In this document: one piece after another, positions 1-10,430 of the stretch
Numbering within the stretch: the first letter of the stretch is position 1
How the letters are laid out: each line of letters opens with the position of its first letter
The notes under the pieces: model-generated
What the model was told of the DNA's origin: nothing
Databases searched by the model: none
The model's input: the letters and a program-made list of their open reading frames with translations, nothing else
Source: Bacteroidota bacterium
GTDB taxonomy: Bacteria; Bacteroidota; Bacteroidia; NS11-12g; UBA955
Length of the DNA stretch: 64,000 nt
Assembly: GCA_030833525.1 (NCBI GenBank)
Contig: JAURGZ010000005.1
Coordinates: 253 to 64,252 of the forward strand
Reading direction: 5' to 3'
Made by a program: the position numbers and the translations under genes

Positions 1-2783
1 ATTACCGTTCAAGGTCAAAACGGGAGCGGTACGGTCCAGAACCACAATAACCGTGCGAGTGCGCTGCTCAGCCTTGTTGCCTGAAGCGTCCTCTACATCA
101 AAGGTGATGCTGTAAATACCGGGCACGGTGCAGTCCAAATCGCTTTTCAACACCACCAATGAAGTCATATCGCCTTCGGTAGGATCGCTTGCTGAATAAG
201 TTGAATTGGCTACTTCAGCATAGCAAGAAGTCTTGCTGCTGCCGCGCTCAACGCGAATCGTATCAGCACCTACCAAACGAATGGTAGGAATGGTCATATC
301 ATTGGCCAATTTCAACAAGTAATCTTCGTACTCTCCCACTTGATTCACCCCGCAAGGAGTGTTGCTGAAATTAGAGAAAGAAGCGGCCACGCGCAAACGA
401 GTCAACCCTTCAAAGCTCTGGCTCAACTTAGGAGCTTTCACAGAAGCAGTGGCGCTCAAGCCGCTGATGCTACCGCTGCTCAATACTTCCTCGCCAGCGT
501 CGTTGAAATCACCATCGATGTTCCAGTCGATCCAAGCCTTGTAGTTCACAGCATTCGCATTGGTATTGCGAGAAACTGTCAAATCGTAAGTTGAACCAAA
601 GGTCAATACGGCGGGGTATTTGGTGTCGGTGAAATTGTTGTAATCCACTTGGCCGCCATCGGTGGTTTTGTTGATCAAGGCTTTGCCTTTGCTGTCTTCC
701 AACAACACGTTGTTGATGGCTACGTCAGATGACATCATGCTCACCAAAGGAGTGCAGTAGTCCAATACAATGACATACTTGTTTTTGATCAACTTCTTCT
801 GCGTAGCTGAATCGCCACCCACTGAGTTCCAAGCCTTCAAGGTAAAGGTGTAAGCACCGCCCTTTAAGAACTTGATCTCGGGGTTTTGGCTAGATGCGCT
901 CGTTCCGTTCTGGTAAGTAAACGAAGTGGGGAAAATGTTCCACTCAAACTTGTTCGCATAATCGGTTTTGGTCGTGAAGGTCACCACGTCCAAAACGTTG
1001 GGGCGAACATTGTCAGCGGTGTAATCCAAGTTGCCAGGTTTGGTAGGCGTCAAAATGGTTACATTGTCGCAGAAGGTATCGTTACCGTTGCATGTCTGGG
1101 CAACCAAACACACTTCGTAGGTACCGTCGGTTGAGAAGAACTCAGTGTAGTTCTCACCGGTTCCCGCAATGTTCTGGTCGATCCACCACTCGTAGGTAGG
1201 AGCACCTTCGGTTTGGGTAGAAGCATTGTTAAACGTTACAGCCATGCTGTTAGCAGCAGGATTATAATCGGTTACCCATTTGGCATTGGGAGGCAAAGCT
1301 GGACCCAACTTGCTCTTCCAATTGATGATGAAACCTTTGTCATTGCCTGAACCGTTGGATTCGAAGGTGATGTAACCGGCGCCGCTGGTCAATTCAATAT
1401 CAGTGGTGTCCCAGTATGCCTGGTTAGACGAAGTAATGCCTTCAGCAGGAGTAACTTCCTTGTTGGGATCAGCCTCAGTGGCATCATAAATGCGCAATTT
1501 ATCACCGGCATCAGCCAACTTCAATTCAGCGAAACTCAAGGTGATTTTCTCTGCACCACAAGGCAAAATCTTGAAGTAATCGATAGACGGCTTTCGGTTG
1601 TTGCCGTAGTTGGCAGTAGGCCCACCGTTGTCAAACAAGGTTCCGTTCTTGCTATTGCCTTCTTTGCTGGGACCCATGTAGAACTCAGTAGCCGAGGTAC
1701 ACTCGATGTATTTGCTCTTGCACTTGGTTGTAGAAGGTCCTATGTCATTTTCTGAGGTCAAGCACACTTTGTACCATCCGAATTCATTTAGGGTGAACAC
1801 AGGGTTCTGGTCAGTAGCCGTTTGATCATCGGCACCCGTGGGGGAATACAATTCCCAGCTCCATTTGTAAGCGCCGTTGTCGCTCAAGTCGAACAACTGC
1901 ACGTTGTAGTATTGCTCTACCTCATTCAAATCAGAGATGAAATCAGCATTGGGAGCCGCTGTTGGAGCCACAATTTTCACGGTATTCACGGCCGAATCTT
2001 TATCACCGCAGTAGTCAACCATCAACTTCACATCGTAGTTGCCAGCGTTGTTCCAAGAAGCCACACCCTTTTGGGCGTTGTTGGAAATCACCGTAGACGC
2101 CTGGTCAAAAGTCCAAGCGTAAGTCCAGTTTCCACCGCCACCCGCGGTAAAGGAAATGGGAGCCTTCACGTAACTGGTACCCGTAGGCAGAGCGAAGGTG
2201 GCTGTGGGCTTGGCTACTTGCAAGATGTTCACCTCGAAGTCCATGATGTTGCCATAGTTATTCAACGTACCACAACCTTGACTGGTAGAGAAGGTTCCGT
2301 ATAAACAACGAACGCGCAGAATCGCCGTTCCAGGGCTTTGATTGCCGCATGGAATTTTAATTTTGACCGTTTTGTTCTGATACGCCCCGATTTGACCGAA
2401 CGGACCTGAAGGGCCTGAAATGCATTCGGTGGTTTGGAAATTGTTGTCGCGGTTCAGATCCAACCATACTCCCGCCCATTCGGCATAAGAGCAACCATTG
2501 GAAATGTACATTTCAATTTCTTCACCTGGGGTGATGTCGATGCAAGGACCGTTGGTCATCAGTTTGTTGGTCGCACCCGTGTTTCCACAGGTCAAACCCG
2601 AAAACGTAGCCACCTGACCCTTGCTGTTTTTGATGGTTACAGCGTCAAACCAATCGATGCTGCAACCGTACGAGTTGGTTGCTGCACAAATTTGAGCGGT
2701 TGCGCTGTGCCCAACTCCCAGGGTAGATGCGAGGAAAACCCCAGCCTTTAGACCCCAGTTTTTAAGCGATTGTGTGAGTTTCA
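1..2783 (-). CDS. Large secreted multidomain protein, N-terminal ~927 aa only (C-terminus lies beyond window start); signal peptide, GEVED-like segment, several PKD-like repeats and a CUB-like segment; probable T9SS cargo/adhesin
   Basis: Minus-strand ATG at 2783-2781 (MKLTQSLKNWGLKAGVFLASTLGVGHSATAQ, a signal peptide). Reading frame stays open to position 1, so it is absent from the complete-ORF track. Motifs: PGEEIEMY...VWLDLNRDNNF; repeated YAWTFDQ, YEWWIDQ and YKWSWELY segments typical of PKD-like repeats. Confidence 0.6.
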
Positions 2784-2937
2784 TGTATGTGAGTGGTTAA
2801 AATATTTCACAACATACTCAGAGCGCGCGAAAGCTTGAAACGCTATTTATGGACACCTAAAAACCACAATCATTTGATTCTATTTTTTAGGAACCCATTC
2901 CAATAAATTGACAAATGACAGAAGTATTTCAAGCCTA

Positions 2938-4578
2938 TCAAGGAATCGGAATCTCCAATCGGTCACCCACTTGTATGGCGCTGCTGTTCAATTGATTTTG
3001 AACCTTTATTTGCTCAACCGTAACCCCGTGAATTTGCGCAATGCGAAACAGCGTATCTCCGGGCTTCACAAAATACAAACGCTGGCTAGTGGATTGGTTG
3101 GCTGATTCACTCGGCTGTGCCGTCAATCGAAGTATTTGACCCACCCGAATTTGACCATTGGCATCCAAATGATTGAAGTTCATGAGATCAGCCACTGAAA
3201 TGCTGTACAAGCGGGAAATCGCAAACAAGGTTTCACCCGCTTGAACGCGGTGTTCGCTGACCAAACGACTGCCGTTGCTGGACTCCACTTGGCTTTGAAT
3301 GCCGCTGCGAAGTCCTGGATTCAAAATCAAGACCTGACCGGGGTTCAACTCCATGGATTCCAGATTGTTCCAACGAAACAGATCTACCTTATCCAAGCCA
3401 TAACGCTGCGCCAAAGCCTCCAAAGTCTCACCGCGACGAACCACGTGATAGGCTTTATTCCCGTTGCGAACGTAGGTGGTATCAGCGTTAGTTGAAGCGG
3501 GCAGTACATAGGTATTGGGGCGATCTGTACGGCTGCCTTGAAGCACCAATTCCTGACCAGGAACCACTTGTTCCTGCGCGGCATAATCCAGTTGATTCAT
3601 GCGGTACAAGGATTTGGTTCGAATTCCATATTGCTGGGCAATGTCGCGCAATTGCTCCCCCGATTGAACGGTATGGCGTTGCTGATCGGTCGAAAATCGA
3701 CGTTTGGGTTTGAGGTACAGAATTTCGCCTGGGTTAACCGGTGCACCCGGTTGCAGATCATTGTATTTGTAAATTTTCGCAACAGGAACACCCCCTTGGC
3801 TTGCAATGGTACCCACACCCTGCCCTTGCTTGACTCCGGCGGCGGGCAACCCATTGATTTCCAATGCCAAAATACTGTCTGGGCTGCCACCGAAATACTC
3901 AGGCCCCAACACCACTAAACTATCGTAATAACCCAAACGATAGCGCTTGATGACCCCAATCAATATATCGCCATAAGCCGGGTTGGTCGCGTATCCCGCC
4001 AACCTCAAACCGTGGGCCCAAGAAACATAATCGGTAGCGGGTAATTCAAATAGAGAAGCATAACGCTTGCTGTTTTTCAAAAACAAGCTGTGGTCTCGGT
4101 AAGAATCCATGGCCGAAGGGTAACTGCGAAAGCACTCGTCTTTGGCATCGTCATCGGCTAAACAAGTTCCTCCGGTCCAGGTGCTGCGACATTTGATTCC
4201 AAAATGGTTGTTGCATTCTACCGCCAATTTGCTGTTTCCCGAGGCACTTTCCAAAATGCCCTGGCCCAACGTAATACTAGCCGGTACGCCATAAGTCTGC
4301 ATTTCAACCATGGCCGCCCTTGAAAAACTATCGATGTATTGCCTCGCACTTTTGACTTGGGCCTGCAACCCAATAGAAAAGCCTACAAATCCCAATACGA
4401 ACAACTGGCGCAACACAGCTTCAAACTTAAGAGGACCATGGCGCCCCCCCAAGAAGGCTTCTACACGCGATTGGACCTTGCCCAATAAGACAGACACCGA
4501 CTCGCGGTTAATCCAATCCTTTCTCCGAAATTTGTAGGGCATGCTAAAACGCATTTTTTCATTTTGGGTATTTCTCAC
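2938..4578 (-). CDS. Peptidoglycan hydrolase: glucosaminidase (FlgJ-like, mannosyl-glycoprotein endo-beta-N-acetylglucosaminidase) domain followed by three LysM domains
   Basis: 546-aa ORF. GQGILESASGNSKLAVECNNHFGIKC is the glucosaminidase core. Three LysM repeats: YHVVRRGETLEALAQRYG, HRVQAGETLFAISRLYS, YFVKPGDTLFRIAQIHG. A hydrophobic signal-anchor (LRQLFVLGFVGFSIGLQA) lies about 55 aa downstream of the first ATG, so the true start may be the internal GTG at 4497, which would also remove the overlap with dsbD. Confidence 0.8.
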   Translation of the reverse strand: MRNTQNEKMRFSMPYKFRRKDWINRESVSVLLGKVQSRVEAFLGGRHGPLKFEAVLRQLFVLGFVGFSIGLQAQVKSARQYIDSFSRAAMVEMQTYGVPASITLGQGILESASGNSKLAVECNNHFGIKCRSTWTGGTCLADDDAKDECFRSYPSAMDSYRDHSLFLKNSKRYASLFELPATDYVSWAHGLRLAGYATNPAYGDILIGVIKRYRLGYYDSLVVLGPEYFGGSPDSILALEINGLPAAGVKQGQGVGTIASQGGVPVAKIYKYNDLQPGAPVNPGEILYLKPKRRFSTDQQRHTVQSGEQLRDIAQQYGIRTKSLYRMNQLDYAAQEQVVPGQELVLQGSRTDRPNTYVLPASTNADTTYVRNGNKAYHVVRRGETLEALAQRYGLDKVDLFRWNNLESMELNPGQVLILNPGLRSGIQSQVESSNGSRLVSEHRVQAGETLFAISRLYSISVADLMNFNHLDANGQIRVGQILRLTAQPSESANQSTSQRLYFVKPGDTLFRIAQIHGVTVEQIKVQNQLNSSAIQVGDRLEIPIP

Positions 4579-6652
4579 CGCCTTAGGCAGCGCCTGGGCT
4601 CAGGGCAGTTTCCCCAAGCCCCAGTTCAAAGCTTCGTATTCAAACACAAAGCCAAAAGCAGGCGATGTTGTTGAAATCATCATGAAGTTCGAAGTCGCTT
4701 CAGGCTTTCACATGTACAGCGAAAAAAGCGATTGTTCTGAATTTGATGGCCCCATTCGAGCCAGTTTGGATTTGCCCAGCCGTGTCGAATTTCAGAAAGT
4801 GGGCAATTTCTATGGCATCGGCGACCACATGGTCAAGGAAACTGAAATCTGGAATTGTTCAACGGGTGAATTCACCGGCAAAGGAGAATTTCGCCAAAAA
4901 ATCAAAGTCTTCAAAAATGTACCCGCATTGGAATTGGTTTTCAATGGCCAAGTCTGCAACGAAAGCGGTTGTGAAAACATACGCGATTTGATCATCAAAA
5001 CCCCGGCTTTGACGGTCAATGGCGAGGTAGAGGCACCCATAGAGTCTGCCCCAACTCAAGAGATTGAACCCACAGAAGAAACGACTGGAACCGACAGCCC
5101 TGCTGTGGCTCAACTCCCTCCCCCCGTTAGCGGCGACAAAGGGTACGTCTCTGGCAGCGGTGGTGCAGAAAACAGCGCAGTCAAAACCTTCAATGGTCAA
5201 GCCGCCGAAGAAAGCAGCAGTGGCGCCTTGGGCTTATTCCTCTTAGCCTTGCTCAGCGGCTTTACCGCCTTGATCACGCCTTGCGTATTTCCCATGATCC
5301 CCATGACGGTTTCCTTTTTCATCAAGAACCATTCACGGACTCAAGCCATACGCGATTCACTGATTTTCTCGGTTTCCATCATAGCCCTATATACGATCAT
5401 TGGCACTCTTGTAGCCGCTACTTTCGGTGCCCAAGCGGCCAACTGGTTGAGCACCCATTGGGCCCCCAACGTGTTTTTCACGGTCATCTTTTTGGTGTTT
5501 GCCGCCAGCTTTTTTGGGGCATTTGAAATCACCTTGCCCTCTTGGATCGTCAACAAGGTCGATCAGCAGGCTGACAAGGGTGGATTCATGGGTCCCGTTT
5601 TCATGGCTGTTACCATCGCCTTGGTCTCGTTTTCTTGCACCGGGCCCATCGTCGGCACGGTATTGGTAGAAGCCGTGACCGGTCAAGATTTCATGCGCCC
5701 CATCGTGGCCATGTTTGGATTCTCCTTGGCCTTTGCCTTGCCCTTCGGGTTGCTGGCCCTTTTCCCTTCTTGGTTGAATAACTTGCCCAAAAGCGGCGGA
5801 TGGTTAAACAGTGTCAAAGTCGTATTGGGCTTTATCGAAGTGGCCTTCGCCTTGAAGTTCTTGAGCATTCCCGACCAAACCTATCACTGGGGCTTGTTGG
5901 ATCGCGAAATCTACTTGGCCATTTGGATTGTGGTTTTCTTCTTGTTGGGCTTGTACCTGCTCGGCAAACTCAAATTTTCACACGATAGCGATTTACCATA
6001 TGTCAGTGTGGGTCGATTGGGGATGGCCATTCTCTCCTTCACTTTTGTCGTTTACATGATTCCGGGCATGTGGGGCGCGCCTTTGAAAGGCTTAGCCGGG
6101 TATCTCCCTCCCTTGAGCACGCAAGATTTTCGCCTCGGAGGCCCCGATCACGGCGAAGGCAATGTCATCGGCACGCCCAAATACAGCGACCAACTGCACA
6201 TTCCCCATGGAATAGCCGGTTATTACGATTATGACGAAGCCCTGGCAGCTGCTCGCCAGTTGGACAAACCCTTGTTCATCGACTTCACGGGCCACGGTTG
6301 CGTAAACTGCCGCAAAATGGAAGAAAAAGTATGGTCAGACCCGCAGGTTTTGAAACTGCTGAAAGAAGATTACGTGGTGGTTTCGCTGTACGTAGATGAT
6401 AAAAAAATCAAGTTAGCCCCAGCTGAACAATTCGTCGGCAAGGCCACCGGTAAAACCATACAAACCCTGGGTGATAAAAACGCTGAAATTGAACAATGTT
6501 ATTTCGGCAAAACCACCCAACCCTTGTATTGCTTGCTCGACCAAAACGAAGAATTATTGCAACCTGCCTTAGGGGCTGACTATTTCCAATTCAACGTTGA
6601 ACCCTTCGTCGCCTTTCTCAAAGGGGGCGTTGAACAATATAAAAAACGATGA
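4541..6652 (+). CDS. dsbD: Thiol:disulfide interchange protein DsbD (N-terminal periplasmic domain, CcdA-like TM core, C-terminal thioredoxin CxxC)
   Basis: 703 aa. Signal peptide [24 protein letters not shown] core with [16 protein letters not shown] and [10 protein letters not shown]-terminal [17 protein letters not shown] thioredoxin motif. Confidence 0.85.
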   Translation: MLKRIFSFWVFLTALGSAWAQGSFPKPQFKASYSNTKPKAGDVVEIIMKFEVASGFHMYSEKSDCSEFDGPIRASLDLPSRVEFQKVGNFYGIGDHMVKETEIWNCSTGEFTGKGEFRQKIKVFKNVPALELVFNGQVCNESGCENIRDLIIKTPALTVNGEVEAPIESAPTQEIEPTEETTGTDSPAVAQLPPPVSGDKGYVSGSGGAENSAVKTFNGQAAEESSSGALGLFLLALLSGFTALITPCVFPMIPMTVSFFIKNHSRTQAIRDSLIFSVSIIALYTIIGTLVAATFGAQAANWLSTHWAPNVFFTVIFLVFAASFFGAFEITLPSWIVNKVDQQADKGGFMGPVFMAVTIALVSFSCTGPIVGTVLVEAVTGQDFMRPIVAMFGFSLAFALPFGLLALFPSWLNNLPKSGGWLNSVKVVLGFIEVAFALKFLSIPDQTYHWGLLDREIYLAIWIVVFFLLGLYLLGKLKFSHDSDLPYVSVGRLGMAILSFTFVVYMIPGMWGAPLKGLAGYLPPLSTQDFRLGGPDHGEGNVIGTPKYSDQLHIPHGIAGYYDYDEALAAARQLDKPLFIDFTGHGCVNCRKMEEKVWSDPQVLKLLKEDYVVVSLYVDDKKIKLAPAEQFVGKATGKTIQTLGDKNAEIEQCYFGKTTQPLYCLLDQNEELLQPALGADYFQFNVEPFVAFLKGGVEQYKKR

Positions 6653-7224
6653 GCCGCGTTCGCCAGCATTTTGAAGAAGCGCAGAAGACCCTGACCTTGT
6701 TCCTCAGCGATGAGCAGGCCTTTGTAGCCTTGGACCAAGCCATCGAAGCCATGGCCAAAGCCTTGGACTCAGGCCATAAGATCATTTCCTGTGGCAACGG
6801 AGGCAGCCATTGCGATGCCATGCATTTCGCCGAAGAACTCAGCGGGCGCTACCGAGCCAACCGCAAGGCCCTGGCCGCCATGGCCATTTCTGACCCCAGC
6901 CATTTGAGCTGTGTCGGGAACGACTATGGCTACGAATTTGTGTTTTCCCGTTTTGTGGAAGCCGTGGGGCAACCCGGCGATGTACTGCTTGGCATTTCCA
7001 CTTCGGGACAAAGTCAAAACGTATTGCGGGCCATCGAAGCCGCCAAAGAAAAAGGCATGATTTGCATTGGCCTTACGGGCAAAGACGGTGGCCAAATGGC
7101 CTCTGTTCTGGACATCGAAATTCGCGCTCCGCATAGCCAGTACGCCGATCGGGCACAAGAGATTCACATCAAGGCCATCCATTCCATGATCGATGGAATC
7201 GAACAAGCACTTGGTCTTTCCTAA
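6649..7224 (+). CDS. gmhA: D-sedoheptulose-7-phosphate isomerase (phosphoheptose isomerase, SIS domain)
   Basis: 191 aa. [17 protein letters not shown] and [22 protein letters not shown] are diagnostic GmhA/SIS motifs. ATGA overlap with dsbD stop. Confidence 0.85.
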   Translation: MSRVRQHFEEAQKTLTLFLSDEQAFVALDQAIEAMAKALDSGHKIISCGNGGSHCDAMHFAEELSGRYRANRKALAAMAISDPSHLSCVGNDYGYEFVFSRFVEAVGQPGDVLLGISTSGQSQNVLRAIEAAKEKGMICIGLTGKDGGQMASVLDIEIRAPHSQYADRAQEIHIKAIHSMIDGIEQALGLS

Positions 7225-7263
7225 AAATTCGCGCATTTTCGCCCGTCTAACACCTTCCCCTTT

Positions 7264-8502
7264 GTGATTCGCATACGACTTACCATCATGAGCTTTCTCC
7301 AGTTTTTCATCTGGGGATGCTGGCTCATCACCATAGGTGCCTATTGGTTTGGCAACAAACAATGGGACTCCCAAGATTTCGGGGTCATCTTTTCGACCAT
7401 GGGCATTGCCGCCCTGTTCATGCCCGCGATCTCGGGAATCATCGCCGATCGTTACTTATCGGCCCAAAAATTGTACGGCATTTACCACATTCTGGCCGGC
7501 ATTGGCCTGTATTTCGTACCCAGCGCAAGCAGCCCCGCCGACATGTTTTGGCGCATCCTGCTGACCATGGTTTTCTACATGCCAACCCTATCCCTGTCCA
7601 ACACGGTTAGTTATCACCTGCTCAGCTCCAAGGGTGAAGACGTAGTGAAGGCATTCCCTCCCATTCGGGTGTGGGGTACGGTTGGATTCATCGCTGCACT
7701 GTGGTGCGTGAGCCTGACCCACAACGAAACTTCGGCCAATCAGTTTTACTTGGGAGCGGCCGTGAGCCTGATTTTGGGTCTCTACGCTTTCACATTTCCC
7801 GATTGCCCGCCTCTGGGCAAGGCCACTGCCAAAAAAGGATGGATGGCTTTGTTGGGACTCGATTCCTTTGCCCTACTCAAGGAAAAACAGTATGCCATTT
7901 TCTTTCTGTTCTCCATGCTATTGGGCGCTGCCTTGCAGTTGACCAATGCCTATGGTGACACGTTTTTACACGGCTTCGATGGACAAGCCGAATACGCCCA
8001 CTCTCTGGCCGTGAAATACCCCGCCATGATCATGAGCATTTCGCAAATCAGCGAAACCCTGTTCATACTGGCCATTCCCTTCTTCATGAAGCGCTTTGGC
8101 ATCAAGCAGGTTATGCTCATCAGCATGATTGCATGGGTGCTGCGATTTGCGTTGCTCGCCTATGGAAATCCCGGCCCAGGTTTGTGGATGATTGTTTTGT
8201 CCTGCATCATCTACGGCATGGCCTTTGACTTCTTCAACGTTTCAGGAAGCCTCTACATTGAGAAAAGCGCTGACCCCAGCATTCGCTCGAGGGCTCAGGG
8301 CCTATTCACCATGATGGTCAACGGTTTTGGCGCCGTTTTGGGAAGCCTCAGCAGCGGATGGGTCATCAGTCGATACTTCGAAGACGCCCAAGGTCTGAAG
8401 GACTGGAGCAGCATTTGGCTGGCTTTCGCCGGCTATGCATTGGCTGTAGCCATCGCTTTCTTGTTGCTGTTTGAAGAGCCTGCCACTCAGAGCAAGTCGT
8501 AA
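7264..8502 (+). CDS. Nucleoside:H+ symporter family permease (NupG/XapB-like, MFS)
   Basis: 412 aa, ~12 TM. N-terminus MSFLQFFIWGCWLITIGAYWF closely parallels the E. coli NupG N-terminus (LSFLQFCLWGSWLTTLGSYMF). Confidence 0.75.
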   Translation: MIRIRLTIMSFLQFFIWGCWLITIGAYWFGNKQWDSQDFGVIFSTMGIAALFMPAISGIIADRYLSAQKLYGIYHILAGIGLYFVPSASSPADMFWRILLTMVFYMPTLSLSNTVSYHLLSSKGEDVVKAFPPIRVWGTVGFIAALWCVSLTHNETSANQFYLGAAVSLILGLYAFTFPDCPPLGKATAKKGWMALLGLDSFALLKEKQYAIFFLFSMLLGAALQLTNAYGDTFLHGFDGQAEYAHSLAVKYPAMIMSISQISETLFILAIPFFMKRFGIKQVMLISMIAWVLRFALLAYGNPGPGLWMIVLSCIIYGMAFDFFNVSGSLYIEKSADPSIRSRAQGLFTMMVNGFGAVLGSLSSGWVISRYFEDAQGLKDWSSIWLAFAGYALAVAIAFLLLFEEPATQSKS

Positions 8503-9110
8503 GGATTCGGCGACGAATCGTCTGCCTCTTCCATATCTCGAACACCCAGTACTTGCTTGGCCTGTTGCTTCATGGAAGTTCGAAAGAAAAGCAAATAGGA
8601 GCTACCGGCGGCTGCACCTGCCAAATGGCCTTCCCAACTCATTTGCTCAGGAACTAGAAAAGGCAGCATCCCCTGCCACATGTTCCCATACCAGAGAAAA
8701 GCGGCAAACATGATGCGCCTGTACTGAGGATGTTTGTAAACGAGGCCCTGCCCCATTAGGAAAAAACCATAGGCATAGACCCAGGTAGATGCTCCAATGT
8801 GATGACTACCCGGCTGTCCCATCATAAACAGGAGGACGGAACTCAAAGCCCAGCTCCAAAGAAACAATGAGATCCATTGGCGCGGCCATATCAAATAACT
8901 GCCCACGGCCAACAAATTCAAGGAAAGCAAATTCGATAGCAAATGACTTGAATCAGCATGAAACCAGGACCCGGTGAACATGCGGTATGCAAGCTCCCAA
9001 TTGCCGGGAATCGTGGACCAAGGCCCAGCATCGGGACCATACTGGAAAAGAGCCAATAACAGCAAGTTCAACACAGCCAAGGCCAACCAAAATCCCTTGG
9101 CTAGACTCAT
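8487..9110 (-). CDS. Rhomboid family intramembrane serine protease
   Basis: 207 aa polytopic. WFHADSSHLLSNLL (HxxxN), GASTWVYAYG (GxSx catalytic Ser region), GHLAGAAAG (catalytic His TM). Confidence 0.75.
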   Translation of the reverse strand: MSLAKGFWLALAVLNLLLLALFQYGPDAGPWSTIPGNWELAYRMFTGSWFHADSSHLLSNLLSLNLLAVGSYLIWPRQWISLFLWSWALSSVLLFMMGQPGSHHIGASTWVYAYGFFLMGQGLVYKHPQYRRIMFAAFLWYGNMWQGMLPFLVPEQMSWEGHLAGAAAGSSYLLFFRTSMKQQAKQVLGVRDMEEADDSSPNPYDLL

Positions 9111-9559
9111 AGCTCAAGAGCTGCATTGTACCAGCCAGGCTCAAACTGAGCCCCGTAACGCTGGTAAAACCGTTGGGCCTCGGTATTCCAGTCCAAAACC
9201 TGCCAAACCATTCTTGAGCAACCCTGTTCTCGCCCAAAACCCAAACAAGTTTCAAACAATTGAGCCCCTATTCCTTGGGAGCGGTATTCAGATTGAACCA
9301 CAAAATCCTCGAGATAAAGCACGGGTCCTTTCCACGTAGAATAACGTTTATAGACCAAGGCAGCACCCACCACTTTGCAATCCACTTCAGCGACCCAGGC
9401 CCAAACCCAAGGCTGTGGAGCGAACAATACTTCGCGCAAAGAATCGGGGGTTGTGACCAATTCATGAGACGCACGTTCAAATTCGGCGAGTTCTGCTATG
9501 AGCGCGTGTATGGAGTCCACGTCTTCAATCGCAGCAGAACGAATGGAAAATGCAAGCAT
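9107..9559 (-). CDS. GNAT family N-acetyltransferase
   Basis: 150 aa. Acetyl-CoA binding motif VQSEYRSQGIGAQLFETCLGFGREQG. ATGA-type overlap with the downstream rhomboid gene. Confidence 0.75.
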   Translation of the reverse strand: MLAFSIRSAAIEDVDSIHALIAELAEFERASHELVTTPDSLREVLFAPQPWVWAWVAEVDCKVVGAALVYKRYSTWKGPVLYLEDFVVQSEYRSQGIGAQLFETCLGFGREQGCSRMVWQVLDWNTEAQRFYQRYGAQFEPGWYNAALEL

Positions 9560-9926
9560 TAGCGAATGGCTAACTTCAGGGTGCGGGTGGTATCACCGCT
9601 TTTCACCTGAACAAAATAGACGCCGTTCTGGATCATGGCATCTTGCGTGCTGATGCGCACCCTGCCCGCTGCAAAATCAGCCGACTTGATGGCGTGCACA
9701 AAAACCGCTTTACCCAATACGTCATTGATGGTAATCACGGCATTAGGAAACTCAACTTCATCAAACAACAGGTTCACATAGAAGTATGAACCAGTAACAG
9801 GATTGGGGTTGAGCGTAAAGGACGGACCGCCTCCATTCACCTCTACCGGAGGATCCGATACAGGGCGCGCCTGTGCCACCGAAAGGCTGACCATGGCAAC
9901 GAATAAGAGTGTCCAAATATTTTTCA
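9559..9926 (-). CDS. Minimal T9SS substrate: signal peptide plus type-A Por C-terminal sorting domain only
   Basis: Signal peptide (V/M)KNIWTLLFVAMVSLSVAQA; start GTG 9926 or ATG 9963. Remainder is a T9SS CTD: LNPNPVTGSYFYVNL...VITINDVLGKAVFV...NGVYFVQVKSGDTTRTLKLAI. Stop abuts the GNAT start. Confidence 0.6.
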
Positions 9927-9995
9927 CTGATACAAAAATAAAAAAAAAGGCGCTTGTTCCCAAGCGCCTCTGAATTTCATGTGGATAACTGTGAA

Positions 9996-10193
9996 TTACT
10001 GACCAGCAGCATCTTCAGCTACGGGAGCCTCAGCAGCAGAAGTGTCAGCAGGAGCTTCCTCAACGGGAGCTTCTTCTACAGTGGCTTCAACAGCAGCAGA
10101 GTCAACAGTTTCTTCAGCAGCAGCATCGTTGCCACCGCAAGCAGCGAACACGAACAAGGTGCAAGCAGCGATTACAAAAGAGATTTTTTTCAT
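9996..10193 (-). CDS. Small acidic Ala/Glu-rich lipoprotein (hypothetical)
   Basis: 65 aa. Lipoprotein signal MKKISFVIAACTLFVFAACGG followed by acidic low-complexity tail. Confidence 0.45.
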   Translation of the reverse strand: MKKISFVIAACTLFVFAACGGNDAAAEETVDSAAVEATVEEAPVEEAPADTSAAEAPVAEDAAGQ

Positions 10194-10430
10194 TTTTTTC
10201 CTATTTAAGTGTGGTGCAAAAATATAGGTGCGCTGAATATTTGCAAAAAAAATTTTTTTTTTATCAAAAGATTCTTTGAATGGCTAAACCCTTGAATTAC
10301 AAGGGTTCTCCAAAACCCCAACCCCAAGCTTGCCGAAATTTTGCCCAAAATCAACACTTGGGTCAGGATTTCGGCATCGCTGAACGACGGTTGTAGGGCC
10401 AAAGTTTATATCAGACCTTTGAAGCCCGTT

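Noticed and set aside
10341-10430. Upstream 30 codons of the 10341 ORF (MPKINTWVRISASLNDGCRAKVYIRPLKPV)
   Set aside because: Hydrophilic, followed by a better Met (MNRVENRF) directly before the first TM helix. Probably not translated.
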